This document shows, in pieces, positions 23,398 to 36,467 of a DNA stretch of 64,000 nt (its first letter is position 1; the number at the start of each line of letters is the position of its first letter). The DNA is taken from NCBI GenBank assembly GCA_010015805.1, contig ML978124.1:558001-622000 (forward strand). Reading direction: 5' to 3'. The position numbers and the translations under genes were made by a program. Below the pieces are notes generated by a model that worked only from the letters and a program-made list of their open reading frames with translations, had not been told where the DNA came from and made no database searches. This stretch comes from Rhizodiscina lignyota. Its lineage: Eukaryota.

Positions 23398-25655
23398 TCA
23401 ATTCGTGCGCTGCCTGTACAACTCCGGAGACGCCGGGTCCATTCCTCCCGCGACCATCCCATCTTCAACTGTTGACGATCCAGGAACACCGCTTGACTTG
23501 ACGGCGGCGGGTACGTCCGCAGTATTCAGTATCTCCTTCACATCACCTTCCTCACCTCCGCTCCAAGACTCTTCGCTGTTCGTCGAAAGCCGCTGCGTGG
23601 GTGCAGGGCTCTCTCTTGACGAGATACTGTTTCTCAAAGGTACAGTCGAGACCGTGTTCTGTGCGGTCGGCCGCTCTGGTTCACGGAGGTACACAAGAGG
23701 CGCCCAGATGCGCCAATGGAGGATGGCAATGTGCGATATGCGTCGCACAATGTCGGTGATGACATTCTCTGGATACTGGGCATCGTTCGCAACCTTTCCA
23801 TTCAGTTGCCTCTGCCGCAGTGTCGATTCTCCGCCGGAGACAATGAAAGCGTTGAAGACGTCCGCGGGGGAAGAGTCAATAAAGCCATCCACGTTTCTGG
23901 TGATTGTAGGCAATATCTGTTCTTTCAGCTGCATGCCACGGCCCCAAAAGAAGGAGCGTTTAGGATCGAAGAAAATGGTGTGGAGCGCGTCTTCCGCTGT
24001 CTTGCGTAAATGTGCTTCTTTGTTACTGTCGAGTGGCCTGGAGTGTACGAGAAGGACTTGTCGGACGACTTCCAGAACGATGTGATCAAGGTTGTCCTCC
24101 CAGCTGGCACCATATGGGTCATAGTTGATGATTGAGGAGACGGCCGAACGTAAAGCTCTGCGTGAAGACAATGATACCGACGTGGTATGTCCGATGGTCG
24201 ACAGAAGATCGACAAAGACCTTTTCACAAGCGTCGAGGCAGAATATATCGTTGATGTCTGTCCGCAAAGCCCGCATGCGATCTGTGTCAAGATTGAATGT
24301 CTCGGGAAAAGGCTCAGGAGAGAAAGGGCATAGCAGCAAGTTTACAAAGGCAGTCACGAATATGCTGAGCCGAGCCTCTGCATCTAGCTCGCGTCCAGCA
24401 TGTTCGGTGAGGGAGGATGTAGCCTGAGTTTCTTGTGCCCTGAACCAGAGGCGTGCATGATGCGGGTCGATCCGCCGGCGAGCGATTCTGCTGCAATGGT
24501 ATTTTTGCTCAAAGGTGATTGTGTCTTCGATCAACACCAGTCTGAGATTTCGTATTTGATGGTTCGCGACGTCCTAGAGTACTGTCAGTAATCTTATGAC
24601 CAAATGCAAGTCGATGGTTGTACCAGTTTCATTGCTTCCATTACCCCGAAAAGCTGAACCAATCCTTCCACTAAGAATGATGCCTGCCTTTCAGCAACTC
24701 CCCTGTCGACATACGCGACCATCTTATCAATCATGGAGTCGCGCATGGGAGCGCAATGGGCTTTGAGTATTTGACAAAGCCAGCGAGAAATTCGGGAAAG
24801 GTCGCAGATGCCGCGTTCGATCTCCTGCATAATGACCGTCACATCCAAGTGGGCGTCGATGGTTGGCTGGTCAGATTCCGGTACAAGGGCCTTCAAAATA
24901 TCCCTTGCTGCTTCAAACATTCTTGGTATCCTTCTTTTGCTTGCAGCCCTGAGGCGACCCGCATTGTTGCAGCTGCCCAGGGACGTCGTGACACCACTGG
25001 CGATCATATCGTACAGCTCTAGTTCGGCTACGAGCGCCGACCAGTACGATGACTGTGCCTTTCTCTTCATTCTGCCTTTTGCTCCATCCAAGTTGGGCCG
25101 GAAATGGAGTTCACGGTCGAAATTGATATCGTGTCGTAGCTTTGAGTTGCCCACGATGATGCCAATATCGAGCTCACTCAGGGACGACCTTGTGACAGGC
25201 GGGTCTATGTTTGCGTTCACGAAGTCTTCTGCTTTCGTCTGTCCATTTGGGCCGCCATGCTGCACCAACAGAGCGCAGAGCTCCTGGAGTACGTCTTCAA
25301 GCTCTTCCTTGTCCCTCATCTGTGTCGTAGATGATATGCACAGGCAGTGGCTTGAGAACGCTTCTGATTGCGAAAGTCTTTCGATCCTCCTCCTCTGTTG
25401 CGGCCGTGGTGATCGCGACTTCCGTACATCGTAGCCTTGGCTGTTACTGCGTCTAAGCAACTCTCTACCGGGTGAGATGCTGCGACGGCCTTCTTGGATA
25501 TCCACTGGAGGAACTGACAGTCGAGCAGGTGCTGAGCTTCCACGATGGCTTGACGATCTGACGTGGGTTAATCTGATGGCCTGCGACTGTGCGTCGAACT
25601 TTGTGCGACGTGGACTTTTGTCTGTCCGCTGAGCGGTCTGACGGTTGCTGTTCAT
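23398..25655 (-). CDS. SOK1: Sok1 / T-complex protein 11 family; exons 25655-24624, 24573-23398
   Basis: Motifs PPVTRSSLSELD...LRHDINFDRELHFRPNLDG, LKAHCAPMRD, EAMKL/DVANHQIR, PETFNLD and HIAILHWRIWAPLVY. Intron 24623-24574 GTACAA...CTGAC...TAG. Confidence 0.92.
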
Positions 25656-28600
25656 GAGGAGAAGTCTGCGTGACGGACGCAGAGGATGGGTTGATTTTTA
25701 TATCGGCACAAATATGAATCAATGTCGCACAACGAAGAGAGTGTGCAGTGTGTATCTCCAGACTCTTGTACAAGGTGACAAAGCAAAGTTCGGACTGAAA
25801 CTAAGACACAGCTGGTTAGCTGGTGAGAGGAAACTGAAGAGAACTTGTTGTTTGTCGCTTCGAGACACAGCAGAAGATGTTGTCGTTGCAGTTTGCTCGG
25901 CGGAGCAGTTCAGAACAAACGGCAGGCGGCATGGGCTGCTGCGAAACACGAGGTTCGGCACGCCGGTCTCGAGTCGTAGACAAAAGGGAATGATGACTTT
26001 AGAAGAACATGCTCTGCATACCTTCTCATCAAGAGATGGCTAGCGGGGACGAAGACGGCGTGACAGTTCCGGCGCTGGTACTCGCACCTGTGACAACATT
26101 GCGGATGCGCAGGTTGTCATCGAAGAACAACGCATGGGTTCATTGTCATGCCGGACGGATGCGGAAATGTGAGTGAAAAGCTGCCGAACGCCGATGACGA
26201 GGGAATGTCTGGAGGTTAAATAATAGAGGCGTGTGAAACAGACGATGGAAAGATGAAAGAAAAGGGCATTCTTGGGCTAAGTAGCGATTATTTGGCCCAC
26301 CATCACAGCTCAGTAACCCCTATGCAAGGAAACCCACGAATCGGCGAGGCCCGTCGTTATTACCATGTAAGGTTTTTTTCCAGGGCGGCACGTCTTGTAT
26401 TGCGAGGCGTAAAGTGACGGTCGGACTACAGCTTGAGGCTCGAGCGGCTGAGATCTGACGTTAATGTCCGTCACACAACTGGAGTGGAAGACAGGCCACG
26501 TCCACTTGCAGAAAGCACGAGTAGGTGGCGGCGATGCTCCAACCCATACGGGCTGCCGAGCGCGCATGAGGTCGAGCGGCGAAGGGTCAAAGCATTGCGC
26601 TGCTGCAGCTGCTCGCGCCGACGCCGAACGCGTGAGGTCTGGTGTGGAAAAGTGTGGTGAAATTTGTCCGACAAGCAATACGTGGGCGTTGGGAATGGCT
26701 TGGGCGCGTAGGCCGAAAGCGTAGATCTTTCGTACAGCGTAGCGCGCAACAAGCTTCAACCCGGGCATTGTCTCTTCCTTCCTCAACGCATCCGCCGGCG
26801 TCCTGGCGGATTCTAAGAGATTGACCATCTTGTTGAAACCGCAAACAGGCATGAGACTGTGGCGGAATTGCGACCGACGCGTGCTTGTCCATCCGCCGTG
26901 AACATTCTCATTGCAAGGCTGACGCCGGACCGGCGGTTCGCCCCAGTTTCGCCTCATTTTCAAACCCCCCTCCCACGCCTCCTTGACACCATCTGCGTGG
27001 AACGATCGTGAGAATTCCATCGATTAAAAAGGCGGTAGCTAACTCACCGTCACTTGCCGGAAGATGTGCGTCCGGAGAACACTGGGTCAACCAACCACAC
27101 TTAGAAGTGCGATCAGATGGTTCGTGACAATAGATCGACGCAACTGCACGACCCAGCTACCCAATGCACGCGACAGCCGGCTTTCGAATGGCCTCGCATG
27201 ATCTTCCTTCTTCCTCTTCGTGTGATCCATCGGGCGGAACGGGAGTCACAGCTGCTCAAATTTGGCCTCAGTGATCAACGAAAGCAAAACGAGCAGGAGT
27301 CATGTTGGCAATCACAATTGTCATTCATGACACGAAAGGTCAGGCAGCGAATCGTGAAGCGTCGAGCAGAATCCATCAAGCAAAGACCTGGCGGACATTG
27401 TGAGACGCATGAAGCAGACGAAGATTGCGATGATCAAGCAACCAAAGCACTGAGACCTTTAGCCAATTCAACAGCAACGCGGTGCATCGTCGTCAGCAAG
27501 CGCAGTAGCAAGTAGCAGGCAAGCAGCAATGCAAGGCGACCATTTGCGTGGTGAGGTGAGCTACAGCAATCAGGTGAGGTGTTTTCACGCACTTCCAGGT
27601 TTGACCTTGACAGCGTTTGCCGTGATCGAACGGATCACTTCACGCACCTCCAGAAGCTATGCCAGACTCCACATCAACCTTGTCTTCCTGTGCTGCATAC
27701 ATCGACTTTCACATCGACGTCTGCAGTGGCCCGGCTCGCTTCTGCACTTAACCATGCGATTCACAAAAGCCACCGATAGGCTAGATCAGTTCATGTGTTC
27801 CATTTCCGTCAGAGGCGCTTATTTCCCTGGCGCGTCAATATCACTCCAATTATAGCCTTCCAACATCGTCACACTTGAGATGCGGCTCTTCATGTCTTAG
27901 GCGCCTTTGTGTAACCCTCCGCCTCATCTAATATCTTCGATGGCAGAGTTCCCACTTTGCACTCAATATGCTAGCAGTTTCAGCAGGTCGAATTACAAAA
28001 TAGTGGAATTTTCTTAACTAAGTGCAAATTACGTGTGCACGCCCCGAGTAGCGTTAAAGTCATCACCCAAAGTTGGGTGCACACTTCTGATATATGACGT
28101 CCGACTTAGGGCCACTGCACCGGCGCTTGTAGGAGCTGCAGAGACGAAATATTTTGAACTTTTCTATTTGGAGCGAATAGTATGTGTAGATCCTGCGCTC
28201 TATCGAGTGCATCCTCCGATCACAGTGGCAGCTGCGTTGCAAGGCCCCCTTGCTTTTGCCTTTGATTTTACGGTCTCATCCAAGTCCGCAACATTTCGCG
28301 AGCCATTCCAGTCAATACGATCGGATCCTGTACATAGCCAAACACCCATCGCCCGAATGAGAATAAACGCCGTGTCAAGTCTCGACAAATTCCCTCAGAA
28401 ATAGACAACTGGAAGACCCCGCCGCCGCCGCCTCCTCTCCCTCCTGAAATCATCCAAGTAAATCTGATCACACATCCCGCAGTTTCTCCCCGTCGGCCTT
28501 GCCAGTACGTCGTTCTCCGCGCACGCGACACCAGTCGGCCGTCCAAGTGAGTAGGAACGCACTCGTTGTTGCGCTCGTTCGCACAGCCGATAGTATGGTG

Positions 28601-29353
28601 TGCATGGATATGCTGCGCATCCGCAGGAGGGAATGGCGAACAGTACGACACACATCCTGGGAGGTTACTTGCTGTTGATTGACTGTTTGGGGTGTGATGT
28701 TGAGAGGTAACCCGCACCGTTGTGAGCGCTTCGAAGAGGCAAGATAGAGCACGTTGGTCTTGATGGCGGCTGTGATGAATAGTGCGTATTTAGGTTGGTC
28801 AAATGAACTGATTTGATGATACCAGTTGTAGCTTTCGCTGTTGAACAGAGCTGAGAACGACTTCTGCAGCACCCCGATATAAGATCCAGATGAAGGTGTA
28901 GTCAAACATTGCTCTCAGAACTTCAAGGTTCCTTGCGCGCAGGAGTGTTTTCCAGAGAGACACCATGTTCAAAGGATGCGGTCGTTGTTGTTTGCGCAAT
29001 CGCGGACAGCAGGTTCAAAGATCCGTTGATCTGTTGGCAGAGCTAGAGACTTGTTCTTTGTGCGACATGATTGCGCACCAAGTAAAACCAAGACTGACAA
29101 GTGAGTAAAACAGAATTGTTGATTAAAACATCTACAGGCAATAGCAAAGAATGCTAAAGAATAGAAATAGAGCTGAGACAACAGACCATGAGACCTCCTT
29201 CATCCATTGTATGCAGTGTGCCGTTCCCTTTGAACATCCATTTGCTCCACAGGCGCAGCACTAGCTGCTGTATTTCGCGCATTGACGTAGGAGCTGGTGG
29301 CCGGCGACAGATAAGGCCGAAACTGGAGAGAGCGCGAAAGAAGAGCAGTTCTG

Positions 29354-30934
29354 TTATAGATGCGCTACTCTGGGTGAATTCATTTCTGAGTCCACTTGTG
29401 CGTCTACTTCGTCCTGCATGCTCTTCCCTCTCCTGCCACGCTCTGGTTCGAACTTCGGGCTCTTGTCACTGATGCTGTCGTCTGCACTGTCTGGGCTCGG
29501 CGCCCGGTTATCATTCAAAGTGCGGCGACTTCGTGACATCTGTATACCAGTCTCAGCATTTTCGCATGTGATAAGAAAGCTTCACCTCCAACTCACCCAA
29601 GATCTCACACCGCCAATGAGGCCAAGACTGTATCCAGCGGCAAAATCCGACGAGCCGGCGCTCTGTGACTTTGGAATGTCCAGATGACTTAACCTTGCAA
29701 GAGCCGTAGGGCTCTTCAATGAAGACACCGTCGGCGATGTTGCGTTGTCTGCCTCTGATCTCTCTCTGATCGACGGCGCTGGACTAGCCGGTCGACTGTT
29801 CTGCCAAAATTTATGCAACTCGCGGCCGATCTCTTGCCCAGCCGTGGTCCAGTTGGTCTTGATGTTGTCGCGGAGCTCGGACATGTTGCGCTTAATGTCA
29901 AGCTCGTTCTTCTTGAGCCACGACACGTTGAGTTCTTGGCGTGGCGTGCCGCGCTTAAGCTGACGAGCAATGTATTGATCATAGTCACGGATGACTCTGC
30001 CGATTTGTTAGTTCCTTAGTGACAGCGATTAGAAATGATAGAAACTCACTTGGTGATTATGCCGGTCGTACTGACGCCCTCAGTCCTTTGCGTGACGAGA
30101 AATTTGCCTGCCTTCTTGATCGGCGCGTAGATGTCATCACCCTCATTGGCACCGTAAGGAATGTCATCGTGAGCGACATAGTCAATCATGTGCTGGTCCA
30201 TGAATTCGACAGTGATAATCCATGGGCAATCCTCAATGACTTCGTCAACCCATTTGCAGTGTCTGACACTCTCGGCGCGCTCTTTCCCAGAGAGAACAGT
30301 AAGGCCTTTGCGACGATGTGTCTCCTTGTCTCCTGTGACGCCGACTATGAGATGGACGTCAGGAAAGGCTTGCTTCGCTTGTTGGAGTTGTCGCATGTGG
30401 CTATGAAGAATCCGTCAGCGTTGTACGACCAAGGTAGCGTGAATTAGCTTACCCAAGATGGAACAGGTCGAAGACTCCATCGGCATATATCCTCACTGGT
30501 CTCCCTGTCGGTGGAGGATTTGTATGATATCCTACAGGATCCACTGCTCCAGCCTTGGGAGGTTCCTCCATACTCATTGTACCTGCCTCCCCGTTCTCTC
30601 CATTTCCGAAATCAATCGCCTCAGCGTCGTCGTCGGCATCGCCATCACTTGGCTCTCCTCCTTCTTGTGTACTAATCCTCTCCTTCCGACCTCGACGAGT
30701 GTGAGCTTGGTCTGCAGCGTCGACGTCGTTGCCGTTTTCTGAGTTGTCGCTCCGGGAGCGCTTTGCCGGATGCAGTTTGCTACTGTTTGTATTGTGATGC
30801 TTCAGGCTGCTGACCTCCTGAAGCACTGGATCTTCGACATCTTCTTCGGAGGCATCACGCGACGAAGGCTGGGCGGTTTCCAGCACCGGCTTGGACTCGA
30901 GAGTCGCTGCGCGTTTACGCTTCGATGACGACAT
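29354..30934 (-). CDS. PCT1: Choline-phosphate cytidylyltransferase; exons 30934-30453, 30400-30050, 29996-29597, 29539-29354
   Basis: RPVRIYADGVFDLFHLG/HMRQL (HxGH motif), IDYVAHDDIPY and TQRTEGVSTTGIITK/VIRDYDQY; three canonical introns. Confidence 0.95.
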
Positions 30935-31733
30935 TGTCGCTTCCAGAACCAACTGAGGCGCTGGGAGAGGTTGTAGACGAGTTCAATGGGCGAATTGTAG
31001 GAGTATAGGTGAAGTAGTAGGCGAGAATCGAAGAGTTGGCAGAAGTTGGTGATTGCCAAACGTTGCAAAGGGAAAGTTGTAGAAATCGCGCTAAGCTCAG
31101 GTCAGCTGTATCCTAGATCCCAGGAAGTCCTACCACAACGCACCAACCTCCAATGCCCTCCTTGGACTCGGACCGTGAAACTCAAGGTTGAAGCGATAAT
31201 CGATTTATACATAAGCCACGTGGGTTGGCAGCGGGGCTTCTTTTCCCGGATGGAATTCACGATAATGGCGGTACATCATGCCACAATCAATTTCAGCCAA
31301 TTGCTGGAGAGTGTTTAGAACGCAGCTGTGGTATTCAAATTCATGTCTATGCTCAAAAAGGAATCCGTCCTGTTAGCCACTGCAAGTAGTTACACCTAAG
31401 AGTAGCCCGCAGCAACTGTGCAGAACATCAGTACCATGAACATGGCGAGCTGGCAGGGCAGAGCAGAGCCTTTCGCAATGTTCGAACTAGCCATATAAAC
31501 GGCTGTGAGAGCAACAACTGGCAAACGGTACGATAGAAAGAGAATCGATGCAAGGTATCACAGAGAAGCCGACCCCTTGAGCTCTGCTGCACCCAATGCC
31601 AGGTCCAAGAAAGTAAGGTATTGCCCATTTTTTGTCTTCCTCCGGCTTTTCGTATACCCATAAGTCGTATCAGCAGCCATCAATGTACGCGGCCTACCTG
31701 GCTGCATGCACAGGCCGAGAACAGTAGAGAGCT

Positions 31734-33706
31734 CTACTTCGTAGCTTCCTTTTCTTTCACGGTTTCATCAGCATTACCGTTGGAGGCAGCAGTGGCCTTT
31801 GCCTCATCGACTTTTTGCGAGCCATTTGCCGGATCGTTGGACTCTGACTTCTCAGTCTTGACAGAAGATGGCGAGTCTGATATGCAGTTAGAATGTGAAC
31901 TTAGAGACCCACACTGATGATGGCCTACCTGTGGTGCCTGAAGTTTCGGCTTTTGGTGCCGAGCTGGGTGCTGGCGTTTCTTCTCGTTGATTCCTGTTCT
32001 CTTGATCCTCGTCATCATCTCCCTCGATCTCTTGGATTCTGTTGACCTGGGCGTCCAAGTCGCGCTCTTCGTCATCGTTGTCAAACATCTCAGTATCCTC
32101 ATGATCATGTGAAAGTTCGGTGCCATCACTTAGTAGGATGATTCTGCCACCACCCAACGAGCCGAATCCCCTGGTTCTCTGGTCCATGTCCATATCGTAG
32201 TCGTCTGAATTGTCATCATAGCGGTGATGCACCCCCGGTCCGCGGAACTCAGCTGCAGAATAGTAAGAATGTTAGGATACAATTTCGGATACTGAAACGC
32301 TCAAATCTAGATACAGGTTACAGGGGAATCAAAAGGTTACAACTTGCCGTACTCTGGCGGAGCACATGGACCATCACCTTTGGCGACTCGATCCGCGATT
32401 TCCTTGTACCATTCATCCTTCGTCTTGCCCTTGAGCAGCCCAATGATGATGACGGTCATGTTATCACATCCAACACCACCCGTGTCACTGTTTGATGCAA
32501 GGCAATTGTCCATCAAGTTCTCACAGATTGAGTGAAGCTCCTGCTTCGCAGCAATCCCTCGCCGCACGAACTCAACAACCGCTTGGGACGACTGGCAATC
32601 CCAGATACCTGCACACAAAGAGTCAGCCATTGTCTATGTACCACACCTCGCAGTGCTCGCGTACCATCGCATGCCACAACAAGGAACTCGTCATCGTCTG
32701 AGATATTGTGGACCGTGACATCAGGGAATGCGGTTACGATTTGTTGTTCAGGAGGAAGGTCAGCGCTCTTCTTGAACTCGAAGTCGCCAATCGCTCTGGA
32801 GAGCGCGAGGTTGCCGTTGACGCGGCCAAAATCAACAAAGCCACCTGCCGCAGTGATTCTTGCCTTCTCGCCTAATTCAAAATATTAGCTCAGGTCATCG
32901 CCGTGGCCAATGTGAAGCATACCTTCATTCTGAGGCTTGTGGTCGAAAGATAGCGGCTTCGCTCTCCCTTTGATTCCAAGAACCGTCCGTGAATCACCGG
33001 CATTGCCCTATTAAGATCAGATCTAGGAGTGAATTGACGGTAGGCCCACATACGACGTATATCTTGTCCCGCGTCACCAGACCGACAGAGGCTGTGCAGC
33101 CAGATACCTCTTCCTCGTATTTCGGGTCTACACCACGTCGTGAGCATGCCGGTATGAATCCAATTAGCGCAAAAGAATCGTACCATTCAGGATGGCCCTA
33201 TCCGTCGCCAGAAAGCCGTCTTTCAAAGCCCGCTCCAAATCCAAGGATTTGAAAGCATCTTGCCTCGCGATTATCTTGTGCAGATTCTCTCCCGCGTATA
33301 TTGCGACCTTATCCCCACCGTGTCCATCGTACACCCCGAAGAAACTTATTCGCTTGTCTGCAGCAGCTGCTTCCGCTTCACTGAGGCTTTCTGGTTGCAG
33401 GTCGAGGACGGCGGCGTGTGCGTCCTCCATGCTGATGCGCCATCCTTGCATAGAGGAGACTCCGAACACTACTCGGTCATCTTGTCCTTCGTCGGACCTC
33501 TAAATCACCGAGTCCGTTAGCTGTGCTAGTTTCTTGAATAACACGATTGTGGCCGTGGGTGGATGGCAATGGCAACACCGCTTGTGCACCGCGCAGAGCT
33601 TGCAAAGGCGGGACAGTTCGGGACGCTGCAGGGAGAGCAAGATCTCGATGCCAGAATAGCAGTTGCATACCTTCTCGACTACCGGTTCCGAAAGTGTCTG
33701 TCCCAT
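31734..33706 (-). CDS. PTC2: Protein phosphatase 2C, Ptc2/Ptc3 type; 8 exons (33706-33671, 33499-33184, 33127-33054, 33007-32923, 32871-32665, 32608-32348, 32252-31929, 31876-31734)
   Basis: [52 protein letters not shown] and GVGCDNMT motifs. All introns are phase-compatible; one needs a GC donor. Confidence 0.95.
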
Positions 33707-34512
33707 ATTGCCCTCGGTCTATGCGAGAACAAAGGTAAGGTTTGAAGAGGAGGGTGTGATTCCCGCGCGTCTATCATCCACCACGGAGGTCAAAGGAAGT
33801 CTGTAACAGCCTGAAAATATGTGCAGGATGAAGACTTTTAGTAGGGGAGAGAGGTGTTGTTTGCGGGAGGTGTCGTGTGCCGCGTGCGTGTGTACTTGCT
33901 GTGGAAGTATGAAATGCAGGTGGGAGCGATGACGACCCGGAGTTGGTGTGTGCACTGTGTGGAGGGGCGAGACCATGTAAATATGGCTATTCACTCTTCA
34001 CTTGCTCGCAGCCCTTTCAAGGTGTATACAACGCTTTGCAAATCGCAAAACAGAGGTTGTCTCCAGGAAAGTGGATCCAGCTCTGGATTTACTCTTCGCA
34101 GCAGGCAACACCCAGCTTACATAAGGTTATCAAAACTGACATGGAGGCCATCCGTGTACGCTTCACCGCCCAGCACTGTTTCTAAGTCACTCAATTGACT
34201 ATTCTAGCATGCGGCTCATGTTCTATGGACTCCAGCACATGTCGCACTGCCATTCAATACAGTTGAGCAGCGAAGAGGTCTTCCCGCGATATGCCGCGCA
34301 TTTTGAGACTGATAGTGCGCTGAGCTGGTGGTCAGTCTCAAGCGCGCTCTACGAGGGCGCTAGTTTCTCGTGAGCATATGAGACGTGCCACTACGCCTCT
34401 CTTCATCGATAACGAGAGGCAAATCTTCCAAGACACGCCTTAGCGAGCTACTCAATAGAGCGGCTCTATAAATTGATCGCTTGCGGGAAACCAGCTCCTT
34501 CGTATGTCGAAT

Positions 34513-35959
34513 CTACAGCTTTGACTTCTCTGGCAGTAGCTGGTAATTCTTTTCATACGATTCTAGCCCATCGCGTCAGTTGCGCTTCTTTGTTGTGTCA
34601 CATTAGAGAAGGTCTTACCAATGGCACTTCTGTCTATTTTTTTCACGGTCTTGAAGCCGCCGACGTTTAACAAGATATCAAACTCTGCCAGCAGTGACTT
34701 CATAACATGTCGAACCTTTCTCAACTTTTAGCCTTCGTCTATTACTCATTAAGAATGATACAACTTACTCCGTGCTCACCCATAATGCTGAGGCCCCAGA
34801 CCCAAAGCCTGCCGATGAAAACGAACTTCGCCCCGATGGCGAGGGCCTTAAATACGTCCGACGCGCTTCGAACCCCCGAGTCGAACATTATATAGGTCTT
34901 ATCACCAACCGCTGCTCGGTCTTAGCGAAACGCTCTCATGCCTTGAGTTGGATATAACTCACCATTCACGATACGCTCCAGTGCGTCGAGACTAGCCACC
35001 GCACCATCAACTTGACGGCCAGCATGATTGCTCACCACGATTCCGTCGAAACCAGTTTTGACCGCTTTCTCCGCATCTCTCACGTCCTGGATACCTTTTA
35101 TGCATATTGGCTTTCCCCCACTAAGTTCCTTCCACGTTCTGATTAACCACGGCATCTTTTCCCACGACCATGCGCGACCATGCCAGATACTATCAATCCA
35201 CATCGCGCTAGCGTTCACCTTCTCTTCCTGCGTCATGTTGTTCACGTCGATGCCCCTCTCCCTCAACCGCTTTTGGAACACCGGATCTGACAGGCCCAAG
35301 TCCGCTCCTATTCCCTTGTAGAAGGCGTAGTTGCTCGTATTAACATCGTCATGTCTCCATGCCAGCTGCCACGTATCGACGGTCAGGAAACACGCCTCGA
35401 ATCCACCCTCTACCGCTCTCTTCAACAAGGATACAGTCATCTCGTCATCGTGTGGCATATAAAGCTGGAACACCTTGCAGCCGCTGCTGGATGAAGATCC
35501 GTACGCCTTCCCCACATCCTCAATCGGTTGACTTCCGGCAGTGCTGAGGCAATACGGAAGCCCGAGCTCGCCCGCGACTTTCGCAACTGGCAGCTCGCCG
35601 AGAGGATGATAGATCTTGTTAATGCCAATAGGCGCGAAGCCAATCGGTGCTGCAACTTTGTGTCCGAAGAATGTTGTAGCAGTATCTCGAGCATTGGTAT
35701 CGACGAGCATGCGTGGAATGATACGGTGACGATAGAAAGCTTGGCGATTGGCCGTATGGGTGTGGGAGAGGCCTGCATTGGAGGAAGCATAATACCAGCC
35801 CGATTCCGTGAGCTTTTCTTTTGCTAGCTCCTCCAGTTTACCAGGCTCTGTATTGAATGGGGGCACGAGTCCTTCGTTTACAGCCCAGAAGTTGTCCCTT
35901 TGGTACATGGCATATTGAGGAGTGGACCTGCGGTCTTTATTTGGACTTTTTGGATCCAT
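34513..35959 (-). CDS. FMN-dependent alpha-hydroxy acid oxidase (lactate 2-monooxygenase-like) with PTS1; exons 35959-34963, 34911-34769, 34715-34619, 34562-34513
   Basis: Motifs RIIPRML, APIGFAPIG, LTVDT, KGIQ, GIVVSNHAGRQVDG and FDSGVR. The spliced C-terminus reads ESYEKNYQLLPEKSKL*. Confidence 0.92.
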
Positions 35960-36267
35960 ATTCAAGTCGCAGGATAACAAGATTTATTATGAGGCACCGT
36001 GTTGTTAAATGCAGCATACCATAGTTGATGAAATTGTGCCTCAAGTATATATTGCAGAATGTAGGCTTGAAACCCCCACGGCATTTTGCAAGATCATGAG
36101 TCGTCATAATGAGATCTACAGTAATGTATCCCGGTTCGTTACTTGGAGATGAGATCATGGTTTCCCAGTCTGCCCAGCAAGCCGGGATCAGTGAGATCGT
36201 TCCAGAACTGCTTATTTCCGCCACAGAGACCACTGCGGTCCCGCCCCGCTCCGCATTTTATTCATTT

Positions 36268-36467
36268 CCAGGCACGCGGGTGATAAAATAGTTGAGCACG
36301 CTTTAACTGAATAGCTATAGTAAGAACAAGTTTTATTCTTCAGCATAAGCGAGAGCATCTCTAAAAGCTTAATTAGATATATACTAGAGCATATTTATCT
36401 AAAACGCGTAGTGTTAGTGTGTATAATCTATATTAACTAGCGAGGGTATACATCCTCGCGGTTCGAC
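36268..36467 (-). mobile_element. MITE-like element, copy 2 (inverted relative to the 43.3 kb copy; one end degenerate or missing)
   Basis: Aligns over ~200 bp with the reverse complement of ~43343-43543 (CCAGGCACGCGGGTGAYAAAATAGTTGAGC...GCGAGAGCATCTCT...TATACATCCTCGCGG); AT/TpA-rich. Confidence 0.75.

Noticed and set aside
34303..34341. 10-bp inverted repeat TTGAGACTGA...TCAGTCTCAA
   Set aside because: Single short stem with no other support; compatible with chance.
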